A stretch of DNA of 64,000 nucleotides from an uncultured Acidimicrobiales bacterium (GTDB lineage: Bacteria; Actinomycetota; Acidimicrobiia; Acidimicrobiales; SZUA-35). Location of the stretch: positions 15,247-79,246 of the forward strand of contig CAWDOA010000017.1 of assembly GCA_963803875.1 (NCBI GenBank), given 5' to 3'. The position numbers were made by a program, and so were the translations under genes. Below the pieces are notes generated by a model. That model was not told where the DNA came from. It searched no databases and saw only the letters and a program-made list of their open reading frames with translations. Of the stretch, positions 40,028-49,761 are shown in pieces. Each line of letters begins with the position of its first letter. Positions within the stretch are counted from its first letter, which is position 1.

Positions 40028-41033
40028 ATCCGCGCAGTGATCCTCGTAGGCGGATTCGGCACACGACTCCGACCGCTCACCCTGTCGGCGCCGAAGCAGA
40101 TGCTTCCTGTCAACGGTCTCACGATGCTCGAGCGGGTGGTTATGAACCTGGCTCGTGGTGGGGTCACCGAAGCGGTACTTGCGCTCGGCTACCTGCCCGA
40201 AGTCTTCCAGGACGAGTTCCCAACCGGCGAGATCGCAGGCGTCGAAATGCACTATGCGGTGGAGCCCGAACCGCTCGACACCGGTGGTGCCATCGGCTTT
40301 GCCGCTCGATTTGCCGGGTTCACCGACCAGACGTTCATCGCTCTGAACGGAGATGTGATCAACGATCTCGATATCGCAGCACTCGTAGCGCAACATCGCG
40401 CCTTTGGTGGAGAAGGAACCATACATCTCACGCCGGTTGATGACCCGTCGCGCTTCGGTGTCGTTCCCATACATGCCGATGGACGAGTGGAAGCGTTCAT
40501 CGAGAAACCGCCGGCTGACGAAGCACCCACCAACTGGATCAACGCCGGTACCTACGTTCTCGAGCCGTCTGTACTCGACCGGATCCCGGAAGGGGAAAAG
40601 GTCGAGCATCGAACGGGCTGTCTTCCCGGCCATGGTCACCGACGGCTCGTTGTTCGCCGTTCAAGAGGCTGGCTACTGGGTCGATGCGGGAACTCCGGAG
40701 AGCTACCTCAAGGTCGCTCTCGATCTGGTGAACGGCGTCCGCAGCACAGAACCGGCGATCGCCGCAGACACCATCATTCACGACGGCGCAATCGTGGAGA
40801 ACTCCATCGTCGAGTCGGGTGTCGTCGTCGATGCCGGTGCAACTGTGCGGGGCTCGATGATCCACCGCGGGGCACGGATCGGTTCCGATGCGCAGATCAT
40901 CGACTCCATCGTCGGACCGAATGCGCTCATCGGCACAGCTGCAAGGTTGTCGGACCTCACCGTTGTCGGTGACTCCGAAACCGTAGAAGCGCACTCCGCT
41001 CATGTCGCGGCGAGGATCCCGAGCGACAATTAG
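40028..41033 (+). CDS. NDP-sugar synthase (mannose-1-phosphate guanylyltransferase-like); +1 frameshift near 40604; start uncertain
   Basis: RAVILVGGFGTRLRPLT..PKQMLP, EPLDTGGAI, FIEKP, INAGTY; continues SIERAVFP, YWVDAGTP, hexapeptide tail. Confidence 0.88.
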
Positions 41034-41083
41034 GGGCTCGACGCCACTTTGCGTCCGCTGCGTTTTGCCGAAAGAATCGGCTG

Positions 41084-41872
41084 ATGGACTTTGAAACGAT
41101 CCTGTACAGCGTTGCCGACAGTGTTGCCCACATCAGGTTGAACAACCCGGAGGGTGCCAATGCGGTCACTCCGCTGTTCTCCCGCGAGTTCCGGGCGGCG
41201 ATGCTCGAGGCACACGTGGACGATGAGGTTCGAGCTGTCTGTGTCACCGCCGAAGGAAAGGTCTTCTGCGCTGGAGGTGATCTGAAGTTGTTCGCAGCTG
41301 AAGGTGAGAACGTCGGTCGCGTGGCTTCTGACATGCTCACCGACTATCACGGTGCGCTCTACCGCATGAACGCGATGCCGAAACCCGTGGTGGCCGGTGT
41401 CGGCGGCGCAGCCGGCGGGGCCGGAATGTCGTTGGTCTGCGCCTTCGATCTGGTCGTGGCGGCCGAGAACGCGAAATTCATCATGGCCTACACCAAGGCC
41501 GGTGTTACCCCCGATGGCACCAGCACGTACTTCTTGGCCAGGCATGTGGGCGTGCGTCGGGCTTTGGACCTTGTCCTGAACAATCGCATGCTGAGCGCCC
41601 AGGAGGCCGAACAGTGGGGCCTCGTCAACCGGGTCGTTCCCAAGGGTGAGGCCGATTCAGCGGCGTTGGCGATGGCAGGAGAACTGGCCGCTGGACCCGG
41701 TTACGCACTGGGCCATGCAAAGAAGCTCGTCTATGCCGGCTTCGAGAGCACACTTCCCGAGGCGGGCGAGCGGGAGGCGGAGGTATTCCTGGCTGCATCC
41801 ATGCACCCCGACGGGCTCGAGGGTATCGCCGCATTTGCGTCTAAACGGGCGCCCGAGTTCAACCGGAAGTAA
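41084..41872 (+). CDS. Enoyl-CoA hydratase/isomerase
   Basis: VFCAGGDL, GAAGGAGMSL, GVTPDG, EGIAAFASKRAP. Confidence 0.93.
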   Translation: MDFETILYSVADSVAHIRLNNPEGANAVTPLFSREFRAAMLEAHVDDEVRAVCVTAEGKVFCAGGDLKLFAAEGENVGRVASDMLTDYHGALYRMNAMPKPVVAGVGGAAGGAGMSLVCAFDLVVAAENAKFIMAYTKAGVTPDGTSTYFLARHVGVRRALDLVLNNRMLSAQEAEQWGLVNRVVPKGEADSAALAMAGELAAGPGYALGHAKKLVYAGFESTLPEAGEREAEVFLAASMHPDGLEGIAAFASKRAPEFNRK

Positions 41873-41881
41873 CGTCGTTTC

Positions 41882-43372
41882 ATGGTCCGCGCCTCCCAGT
41901 CTGAGTCCGTTGGTATTGCGGTACCCCTCGATGATGCCGGTCGCCGAGCTACGACGGCATTTGCCAAGACCGTCCTGGCCGAGGCGATCGGTGAGTCGAA
42001 TCTGGCGGCTGCGGCTGCGGTTCGTGCTGAATCCGAGTGGCGGAAGCACTATCACCGGCACTTCGTTGCCGCCTCAGAAGCCGGGATCGCCAGCCCGGCT
42101 GATGCAAGGGGAATCGCTCCGCGAGGACTGGCGGCGGTGTCGGGTTCGCTGCGTTTCGTGCGCAACGGCGACGATCAACCTCTCCATGCGGTGATGACCG
42201 GTCGGGCCACGAATCCGCCCCTCGACACCCAGGTCATCCCAGGCACGCCGGGCCCGGTTCCGCGATTCACAGTTCCATACCGAGGTATCGACCTGGGTGG
42301 CGACGACCTCCGAGGCCAATTGGAACGGTGGGTTGCAGCCGGTGTCATCGAAGTGAGCGCCGCATCCGGATTGGAAGAGGTACTCGACAATCCCGACTGG
42401 CTCGATCTCTCCGATCTGACATTCGTCGTAATGGGCGCCGGAGCTGAGCTGGGCCCGTATCCAGCGCTCATGGGACTGGGGGCCAGGGTCGCTGCGGTCG
42501 ATCTCCCCGTCGACAAGATTTGGAACCGGCTCACCGCTCGGGCCGGTGAACGCAGTACGTTGCTCTACCCGGTCAGAGACGGACAACCGGGAGCAGATCT
42601 CACCTCAGATCTGCCGGAGATCCGTGATTGGATCGACGCCCTCGAGGGGCCGATCGTCCTCGGCGGATATGCCTACGCCGATGGCGAAGCGCACCTCCGT
42701 GTGTCTGCCGCTCAAGATGCCCTCATCGCTCATGCTCTGCAGAAGCGCACGCCGGGGTCGGTGGTAGTTGCCCATTTGCTGACGCCCACCGACTGTTACG
42801 CAGTATCCGAACACACCGCCGAAGCCGCACGACGGGCCTGGGCCCGCCGACCAAAGAGCCTTCGCATGGCTCAGGCCGTGGCCCGGACAGTGTCGGGTGG
42901 TCGCCTCTTCCAGCAGGCCATCACCGATTGCATCGACGGCAAGGAGGGGTATCGATCGGCGGTATTCGACACGCTCGTGACTCAACAGGGACCGAACTAC
43001 GCACTGGCCAAACGGATTCAAGAATGGCGGGCGGTTGATTCACGAGCCCGCGGCGCCCGTGTTTCGGCCAATGTGTCGCCGAGCAGCACCACTCGATCGG
43101 TCACGAAGAACAAAGCGCTGGCCGCTGCCTATCGCGGTGCTGGAATGTTCAACATCGAAGTGTTCGAACCCGACACCACGAACGCGTTGATGGCGCTCAT
43201 GCTGATCCGTGATCTTCGAACAACCACGGGCCCGGCCGACCCCTTTGTGACACTCTCCAACCCGCTGCAGATTCTCAGCGATGCTGCATGTCACGGTGGG
43301 CTGTGGCGCAGCCCCTACACAACCCGGACCGCACTTCCTCTCGCCGCAGTTCGGGGATTTTTACCGAGGTAG
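41882..43372 (+). CDS. Conserved hypothetical protein
   Basis: 496-aa ORF, TAACGT 6 nt before ATG; VVMGAGAELGP and QQGPNYALAKRIQ motifs. Confidence 0.75.
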   Translation: MVRASQSESVGIAVPLDDAGRRATTAFAKTVLAEAIGESNLAAAAAVRAESEWRKHYHRHFVAASEAGIASPADARGIAPRGLAAVSGSLRFVRNGDDQPLHAVMTGRATNPPLDTQVIPGTPGPVPRFTVPYRGIDLGGDDLRGQLERWVAAGVIEVSAASGLEEVLDNPDWLDLSDLTFVVMGAGAELGPYPALMGLGARVAAVDLPVDKIWNRLTARAGERSTLLYPVRDGQPGADLTSDLPEIRDWIDALEGPIVLGGYAYADGEAHLRVSAAQDALIAHALQKRTPGSVVVAHLLTPTDCYAVSEHTAEAARRAWARRPKSLRMAQAVARTVSGGRLFQQAITDCIDGKEGYRSAVFDTLVTQQGPNYALAKRIQEWRAVDSRARGARVSANVSPSSTTRSVTKNKALAAAYRGAGMFNIEVFEPDTTNALMALMLIRDLRTTTGPADPFVTLSNPLQILSDAACHGGLWRSPYTTRTALPLAAVRGFLPR

Positions 43373-43924
43373 GTTCGAGAAGTCCACTTCGGAGGTTGGT
43401 ACGACTTCGCTTGTGCGTCCCGGTGATGTTTGCGAGGCCCATATCGAGTTGGTGTGAGCGATCAGTCCGGCGCCATTTGGCATGCCGGACGGCGATGACT
43501 CGTCGGTGGTGTGGGCGTCAGCAACCAACACGGTGTCGTAGCCCCTCACGTGGGCTCCATGGAGGGTCCAGCGCACGCAGAAATCGGTCTGTGCGCCTGT
43601 CATCACAAGCCGACCAACGTTGCGGCTGGCCAGTTCATCCTCCAGCGTTGTGCCTTCGAAGGAATCTCGGACGGTCTTGCGTACGTGAGGCTCGGAGGCG
43701 AGCGGAGTCAGTTCAGGCACGATCCGCCATTCGTTCGAATCGAGCGGCAGCCCGTCGTCATCGTGCTGCACCCAGATGACCGGGACGCCAGCGCCTCTTG
43801 CCTCGTCGACCAGCGCCTTGATGTTGGTGACGACGACATCGCGATCGTGGGCGGCCGCCATCACATCGTTCTGAACATCGATCACGAGTAGGGCGGTGTT
43901 GGGTCGATCCGTGAGCACTGTCAT
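43361..43924 (-). CDS. Isochorismatase / cysteine hydrolase family
   Basis: ALLVIDVQND, VRKTVRDSF, GAQTDFCVRWT, VADAHTT. Confidence 0.92.
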   Translation of the reverse strand: MTVLTDRPNTALLVIDVQNDVMAAAHDRDVVVTNIKALVDEARGAGVPVIWVQHDDDGLPLDSNEWRIVPELTPLASEPHVRKTVRDSFEGTTLEDELASRNVGRLVMTGAQTDFCVRWTLHGAHVRGYDTVLVADAHTTDESSPSGMPNGAGLIAHTNSIWASQTSPGRTSEVVPTSEVDFSNLPR

Positions 43925-44008
43925 CCACATCATGATGCCGCACCTGCGAGTGCCCCGCACAGGGCGGGGTGAACGTTGGTTGGCGTCATGTGGGTTATGA
44001 CCCTGGTT

Positions 44009-45295
44009 CTATTCGAGCTGAGCAACCAGCGGGCCGTCGTCGAAGATGCTGGCTCGGACACCCTTGGGTTTCGGATCGTTTCGGTGTTTGTAACGGTGGT
44101 GTAGCGGGCAGAGAAGTTGGCCGTTGCGGATGAGGGTCGGTCCGGCCTGGATCCAGGCGATCACGTGGTCGGTGTCGCAGAGCCGGGCAGTCGTGCTACA
44201 GCCGGGATGTTGGCAGTGGTGATCACGGAGCCGTATCAGCCGTCTCTGGATGGTGGTGAAGTGGCGGCCGGCGGGGCTGTCGCCGGCGATGTTTCCGTTG
44301 TGATCGAGTCGGTGGCGTCGTACCCGGGCTGTGGTGGTGGCCAGCTTTTGGGTGATGGCAGGTGGAATGAGGGTGCCTCGGGTTGTGCGGGGGTAGCAGC
44401 GGGCACTGAACCCTGGGTCTCCGTGAACCCGTATCCGGCTGACACCTCTGGTTCGGTCGGTGTTGGTGGGTGTGTCGCCTGCGCCGGGTTCGGCGGTCCC
44501 GCCGGTTGGGTCGAGGATTTCGAGGTGGGCTCGATATTTGCCGTCGGGATTCAGTACCAGGTCCACCAGGGCATCCATTGCTGTGGCCGAGCGGTACCGG
44601 TCGGGGTGTTCGGCTTTGATCGGCTCGGACCGGTCCAGCACGGTTTGTGCGAAGGGTTCGGCATGGAGGGCGCCGATGGTGCCGGTGAGGTGGAGGTTGC
44701 CGTTGAGGTCGTACTGGAGGAGCAGATGTTGTTGGGCTTGAGCTCTGATGAATTCGTCGAGGTGTTCATCAGGATCCGAGACCGCTTCCCACTCGGCGAG
44801 GTAGTCCTTGAACTCCTCTGGGGTACACATCGCGGCGAGCTCCGCCAGGTGATGTTCGGCCGACTTGAACTGGTCGGAGTTCACCGATCGCCACACTGGC
44901 TGCACGAGATCGATGTGGGCCATGGTGATCTCGCCCTTCATCAACGCTTGATGGAAGTGGGGGAGACGCTCCGATGCAAAACCGGCTCGGCGCAGCTGGC
45001 GAGCCCTGGCCCGTGACACGCGACAGGTGGAGGTGAGCAGCGGCGTCATCGACTTTGCCCCCTTGGTGAGGGCGCAAGTGTTGCGCTCTCCGAAAGCAAC
45101 AAACCGACCCGCTACCGCCGCAGCTTGTTCGGTGTTGGCAACCAGGTCGGTGATCAGATCGGCGATCTCGGCCCGGGAGAGGCTGGAGTTGTCGAGCGTT
45201 GCGATGTCACGCAGTCGCTCCGACACCGCCAGAAGCTGTTGCCGCTCGTCGGCCAAATGGCCGCCATCGGATTCGATCTCCGCCGAGAACTTCAT
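44009..45295 (-). CDS. DUF222 (13E12-type) + HNH endonuclease
   Basis: ALMKGEITMAHIDL N-part; RDHHCQHPGC...CDTDHV.AW..AGPT..NGQLLCPLHHRYKH. Confidence 0.9.
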   Translation of the reverse strand: MKFSAEIESDGGHLADERQQLLAVSERLRDIATLDNSSLSRAEIADLITDLVANTEQAAAVAGRFVAFGERNTCALTKGAKSMTPLLTSTCRVSRARARQLRRAGFASERLPHFHQALMKGEITMAHIDLVQPVWRSVNSDQFKSAEHHLAELAAMCTPEEFKDYLAEWEAVSDPDEHLDEFIRAQAQQHLLLQYDLNGNLHLTGTIGALHAEPFAQTVLDRSEPIKAEHPDRYRSATAMDALVDLVLNPDGKYRAHLEILDPTGGTAEPGAGDTPTNTDRTRGVSRIRVHGDPGFSARCYPRTTRGTLIPPAITQKLATTTARVRRHRLDHNGNIAGDSPAGRHFTTIQRRLIRLRDHHCQHPGCSTTARLCDTDHVIAWIQAGPTLIRNGQLLCPLHHRYKHRNDPKPKGVRASIFDDGPLVAQLE

Positions 45296-45301
45296 ACCCG
45301 T

Positions 45302-45323
45302 ATTATCCCCTAGGGGTGTGACA
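45302..45323 (-). promoter_or_regulatory. RecA-NDp/PafBC-like promoter of the HNH gene
   Basis: Minus strand TGTCAC-N10-GATAAT-N6-ATG; the spacer overlaps the palindrome cccctagggg. Confidence 0.5.
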
Positions 45324-45326
45324 CAG

Positions 45327-47915
45327 TTAGGTCCGCCCAAGGTCGGTGAGAGTGAGAACGAGTTCGCCTCGTTCGTTGCTGGCGGGGAGGTCGACCGAGC
45401 CGGTGAGACGCCACTCGTCGTAACCCTGGGGATCGCTGATGATTTGGGTGACGTCGCCGGTGCTGGGTTCCCAGATGAATTTGTGTGGCGATCGTGCTTC
45501 GGCGTCCACCATCACGGCATCGTGTTCGTCGTAGTAGGCGCTGAAGAGGCCGGTGGCTCCTTCGATCGGAACGAGATTGGGACGGTAGAACGCAAGCTCC
45601 TCAACATATTTCCACATGCGATTTCGGACGAGGATCGCGAATGCTTTGGTCTGTGTGAAGTCGGCCATCGGCGGCGGGGGAGCGGGAGCAGCATCGGCCT
45701 CGTCGGGGTTGCGCAGCTTCTCCCATTCGTCGATCAGCGACGAGTCCACCGTACGGATGACCACGTTGAGCCAGTCGATGATCTCTTCGATCTCGGGCGT
45801 GCGAACGTCGATCGGTACGTTCTGGATCAAGCCTTTGTACACATCGGAGAGGTAACGAAGGAGCACACCTTCGCTTCGTTTGAGTCCGTGGTAGTTGATG
45901 TACTCCACGATCGTCATAGCTTCGGTGAGCATCTCTCGCACGATGCTTTTGGGTTTGGGCGTGTATTGGCCGACGTAAGGATGGCGGATTCTGAAGTGGT
46001 CGAAGTGGTTGTAGATCCACTCTCGTTCCGGCTGTGGTGGTCGGACCTCGGCCAGTCGTTCCATTCGTTCCTCGTATTCGACGCCGCGACTCTTCATGTC
46101 GTTCATCAGCTCGGTCTTGGCTCGATCGAGCTGGGCTGCGATGATCACCCCGGGGTTTTCCTGGACCGACTCGACAATGCTGAGTACCCGGTATGCGAAA
46201 GAGTGTTCTGGCTCACCGGGTTCTGATGCCTCGGTCTCGACTGCCGCATGGTGATCTCTGGGTGCCGCTGCGGAGGGACGGAGCAGCTCTTCAGGCTCCT
46301 CAGCGTTGACCGAGCGAAGCGAGCTTGGAGCGACCGGAGGAGGCGCCCCCGGCGCCGACGATGCGAGCGGAATCGAATTGACAGCTGCGATCGCCCAGAG
46401 ACTCAGCGGTTGATGGAGGGCGAATTCTTCCTGCACGTCGAAGGTGACTCGAACCAGGCGGCCCAGCTCGTCGGGCTCGTCGGGAAACTCCAGCAGATCG
46501 GCATCGCGCAATGATCGATAGATACGTATCGCCTGCCGTTTGTGTCCCCGCTTTCGTCGTTCGGTCTCGTGATTCTCTTTCAGGATTTGTTGCATTGCAC
46601 CACACCCGTCGCCGGCGCGATCGAGGACGTTCAGCATCATCTGATGACTCACGTCAAAGCTGCTGGTGAGCGGTTCGGGCTCGCCGTTCACCATCCGGTT
46701 GAAGGTGTCCTCTGTCCAGTGGGTGTAGCGCCGGTCGGGGGCTTGCTTCTTCTTCGGTTTCTTCTTGCTGCTGGAAGCCGCCGCCTTCTCTTCGGCGCGG
46801 GCGTTCTCCACCACATGGGGCGGCGCCTGCACCCACACGTGGCCTTCGGTGTCGAACCCTCGCCGACCGGCCCGGCCGGCGATCTGCTTGAACTCGCGGT
46901 TGGTGAGCAGACGATTGGAGCGACCGTCGTATTTGCAGAGTTGGGTGAAAAGAACCGATCGGATCGGCACGTTGACGCCTACGCCAAGGGTGTCGGTTCC
47001 GCAGATGATCTTCAGCAGTCCCTCTTGTGCGAGCTTCTCGATCAGCAACCGATATTTCGGGAGCAGGCCGGCGTGGTGGACGCCGACGCCTCCGGTGATC
47101 CAGCGCCGCATGTCCTTTCCGATCGGCGTGTCGAACCGGAAGCCGCCGATCGCCTCCTTGATCTTGGCCTTCTCTTCCTTGGAGAGTGGGTCGAGGCTCA
47201 GGTAGCTCTGAGCAGCCTCGGTCGCCTCCCGTTGGGTGAAGTGGACGAGGTAGATCGGTGCCCGATCGGTCTCGAGGAGGTCCGAAACCGAAGCGTGAAG
47301 GGTTGTATGCCGGTACTCGAACGTGAGCGGCACCGGCCGGTCCGTTGACTTCACGGTGATCGCAGCTCGGCCGGTGCGTTCGGTGAGATCGCGCTCGAAG
47401 AACTGGGTCGGACCGAGGGTCGCGCTCATCAAGCAGAACTGGGTTTGGGGCAGCTCCAGCAAGGGCACCTGCCACGCCCAGCCTCGCTGTGGGTCGGCGT
47501 AGTAGTGAAACTCGTCGACCACTGCCTGATCGACGTTTGCTCGCGATCCTTCTCGCAGTGCCAGATTGGCGAGGATCTCGGCGGTGCAGCAGATGATGGG
47601 AGCGTCACTGTTGATGCTGGCGTCACCGGTGACCATCCCCACGTTCTCAGCGCCGAAGTCGTTGCTGAGGCTGAAGAACTTCTCGCTCACGAGAGCCTTG
47701 ATCGGTGCGGTGTAGTAGCTGCGGTGGCCGAGCTTCAGCGATGCGTAGTGGACGGCCGCTCCCACCAAGCTCTTTCCTGATCCGGTGGGCGTGTTGAGAA
47801 TGACGTGGTTTCCACTGTAGAGCTCGAGGATCGCTTCGAGCTGGTGGTCGTACAGCTCTAGGCCGAGCTGGGTAGCGAACTCGGTGAAGCCGTCGAGTAG
47901 TTCACCTTCGTCCAC
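45327..47915 (-). CDS. DEAD/DEAH-box (Ski2-like) helicase with DUF3516
   Basis: TPTGSGKS, VVDEFHYY, MSAT, GTDTLGVGVN, QIAGRAGRRG, RSEGVLLRYLSD. Confidence 0.93.
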   Translation of the reverse strand: MDEGELLDGFTEFATQLGLELYDHQLEAILELYSGNHVILNTPTGSGKSLVGAAVHYASLKLGHRSYYTAPIKALVSEKFFSLSNDFGAENVGMVTGDASINSDAPIICCTAEILANLALREGSRANVDQAVVDEFHYYADPQRGWAWQVPLLELPQTQFCLMSATLGPTQFFERDLTERTGRAAITVKSTDRPVPLTFEYRHTTLHASVSDLLETDRAPIYLVHFTQREATEAAQSYLSLDPLSKEEKAKIKEAIGGFRFDTPIGKDMRRWITGGVGVHHAGLLPKYRLLIEKLAQEGLLKIICGTDTLGVGVNVPIRSVLFTQLCKYDGRSNRLLTNREFKQIAGRAGRRGFDTEGHVWVQAPPHVVENARAEEKAAASSSKKKPKKKQAPDRRYTHWTEDTFNRMVNGEPEPLTSSFDVSHQMMLNVLDRAGDGCGAMQQILKENHETERRKRGHKRQAIRIYRSLRDADLLEFPDEPDELGRLVRVTFDVQEEFALHQPLSLWAIAAVNSIPLASSAPGAPPPVAPSSLRSVNAEEPEELLRPSAAAPRDHHAAVETEASEPGEPEHSFAYRVLSIVESVQENPGVIIAAQLDRAKTELMNDMKSRGVEYEERMERLAEVRPPQPEREWIYNHFDHFRIRHPYVGQYTPKPKSIVREMLTEAMTIVEYINYHGLKRSEGVLLRYLSDVYKGLIQNVPIDVRTPEIEEIIDWLNVVIRTVDSSLIDEWEKLRNPDEADAAPAPPPPMADFTQTKAFAILVRNRMWKYVEELAFYRPNLVPIEGATGLFSAYYDEHDAVMVDAEARSPHKFIWEPSTGDVTQIISDPQGYDEWRLTGSVDLPASNERGELVLTLTDLGRT
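46260..46348. other. Structured ~89-nt element lying in frame inside the helicase gene
   Basis: Nested stems gggtgc/gcgccc, cgctg/cagcg, ggagc/gctcc, ccgagc/gcttgg; encodes GAPPPVAPSSLRSVNAEEPEELLRPSAAAP. Confidence 0.5.
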
Positions 47916-47957
47916 AATTGGCAGGCTACCCGCAGTTACCGATCCGCCTTGAGCTGT

Positions 47958-48483
47958 CTACTCGACCTCGTCGTGCAGCTCGATGTCGACCAGCAGCTTG
48001 TCGGCGAGGGCCTGGAGCACATCGCCCAAATCGTCCTCGGACAGTTCCAGCGGCGCACTCAGCACCGCCGTGGCCTCGAACAGGGTGCCACCGGCCATCG
48101 GGGCGCTGCGGGTGTGTGTTTCAAGATCGGCGATGCTCACGTGTCTGGACGCCAGTGCGGAGGAGATGTCGTAAATGATGCCAGGCCGATCTTGGCCCAC
48201 CAGTTCGAGCGAGAAGGTGCGAGTCGCGGTCTCACCGCTCGGCGCTGCTCTCTGCACTGTGACGCTCAGAAGCCCGGATGTTTCGATGCGTTCGAGTTCT
48301 TCTGTGAGGGCATTCGGCTGCGTCATCGGGCACCGTCACCAACACGATGCCGGCGAAGTGCCCGGCCAGGTTGGACATGTTGCTTTCTTCCCAGTTTCCG
48401 CCGTGCTGAGCGATCGCAGCGGCTACTGAGTTCACGAGGCCGCTTTGATCCTTACCGATGATCGTTACGACGAGCGATGCCAT
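47958..48483 (-). CDS. Double ACT-domain protein (GcvR-like); +1 frameshift near 48315
   Basis: LVVTIIGKDQSGLV...GGNWEESNMSNLAGHFAG; second frame LVGQDRPGII. Confidence 0.85.
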
Positions 48484-48517
48484 TGGTTCAGAGTAGGTGA
48501 GAGACAATGATGTGCGC

Positions 48518-49724
48518 TCAAAGCACTGTGAAGCTCAAACCGGCGTGGTCGGTGAGGGCCGAGATCAGATCGTCCCCCATGGCGGTGGCGGGCGTCCAGA
48601 AACCACCGGGTGTGCTGAGAGTCCGGAGTCTCGAGCAGCGTGAGCGCTGACTCGGAAAGCATTCGCGCAGTAGACCCGTAGCCGGGGTCACGGTCACCGG
48701 TGACCTGCACCCTGACCACGTCGCCACTCGAGGTGGTTCCCCGCAGGATGATCGTGAAGAATCCGTTCCGCTGAGCGTCGGGCGAAGGGCCTTCTCCCGG
48801 GTCGGGGAGGACGAACCGCCTCATCAGGTTTCGGGTGGGACCCAGTGCGGCAAGCCCCATGAAACCCCCCAGCCCGGCGGCGAGGGCTCCGGCTTTGGCG
48901 GCTCCCAGGGGGCCGCCACCGGTTGCCATTTCTTCGCTGTAGGTGAAGTCCCCCCACGGTTTACCGAGAAGTGCGTGAGTGCGGTGGACGATCTTGCTGT
49001 TGGTTGCGGCCATCACGAACGGCGCCAGCCAGAGCTTTTCCTCGGTGTGTTCGCGGACACGACTCGGGTTGGGTTGGCGAATTCCCGATCGTTCCCCCGA
49101 TGGCGCAAGGGCGTACGGGTTTGTCAGGACTTTGCGCAACGAAGGATCCTGGGCGAGTTCCTCCATCATGTTCATCATGCTGGCGATCGTTCCGCCCGAG
49201 GCGCCCCCCTTCATCGCCTTGACAATCAGTTCAACCGTCACTGCCGGTTCGCCGTGCAGCTCCTGGCAGTGGCGCTGAAGGAACCAAACCCCCAAATCGG
49301 AGGGAATGGAATCGAATCCGCAGGCGTGAACGATTCGTGCTCCGGACTCCGTTGCGACGTCCTGGTACTCGTCGATCATGCGTGCCATCCAGTGCGGCTC
49401 GCCGCTGAGATCGCAGTAGTCGGTCCCGAGTTCGGCGCAGGCAGCGACCACCCCGGTTCCATATTGTGCGTAGGGGCCCACTGTGGAGATCACCAGCTTG
49501 GTGGAGTTGACCATTTCCCGGACGGTGGAATCGTCGTTGGCGTCCACGACCAGCTCGGGTACCGCGGCCCCGGTCTCTTGTGCGACCTCGCTGAGTTTGG
49601 CTGGGTTGCGGCCGGCGATGGCCCAATTCACAGCGCCGTCGACGCCGATTCGCTCGACCAGGTTTCGAGCGGTGATCTGACCCACGAAGCTCGTGGCGCC
49701 GAAAAGAATCAGGTCGTAGTTCAC
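48518..49724 (-). CDS. Saccharopine dehydrogenase-like oxidoreductase; +1 frameshift near 48615
   Basis: LFGATSFVG, IAGRN, TVGPY, YCDLSGE, CGFDSIPSDLG, DPGYGSTA; tail PGGFWTPATAMG. Confidence 0.9.
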
Positions 49725-49761
49725 GGTTCGACGCTACCCATCTCGGCCCGGGCTGCACCCG

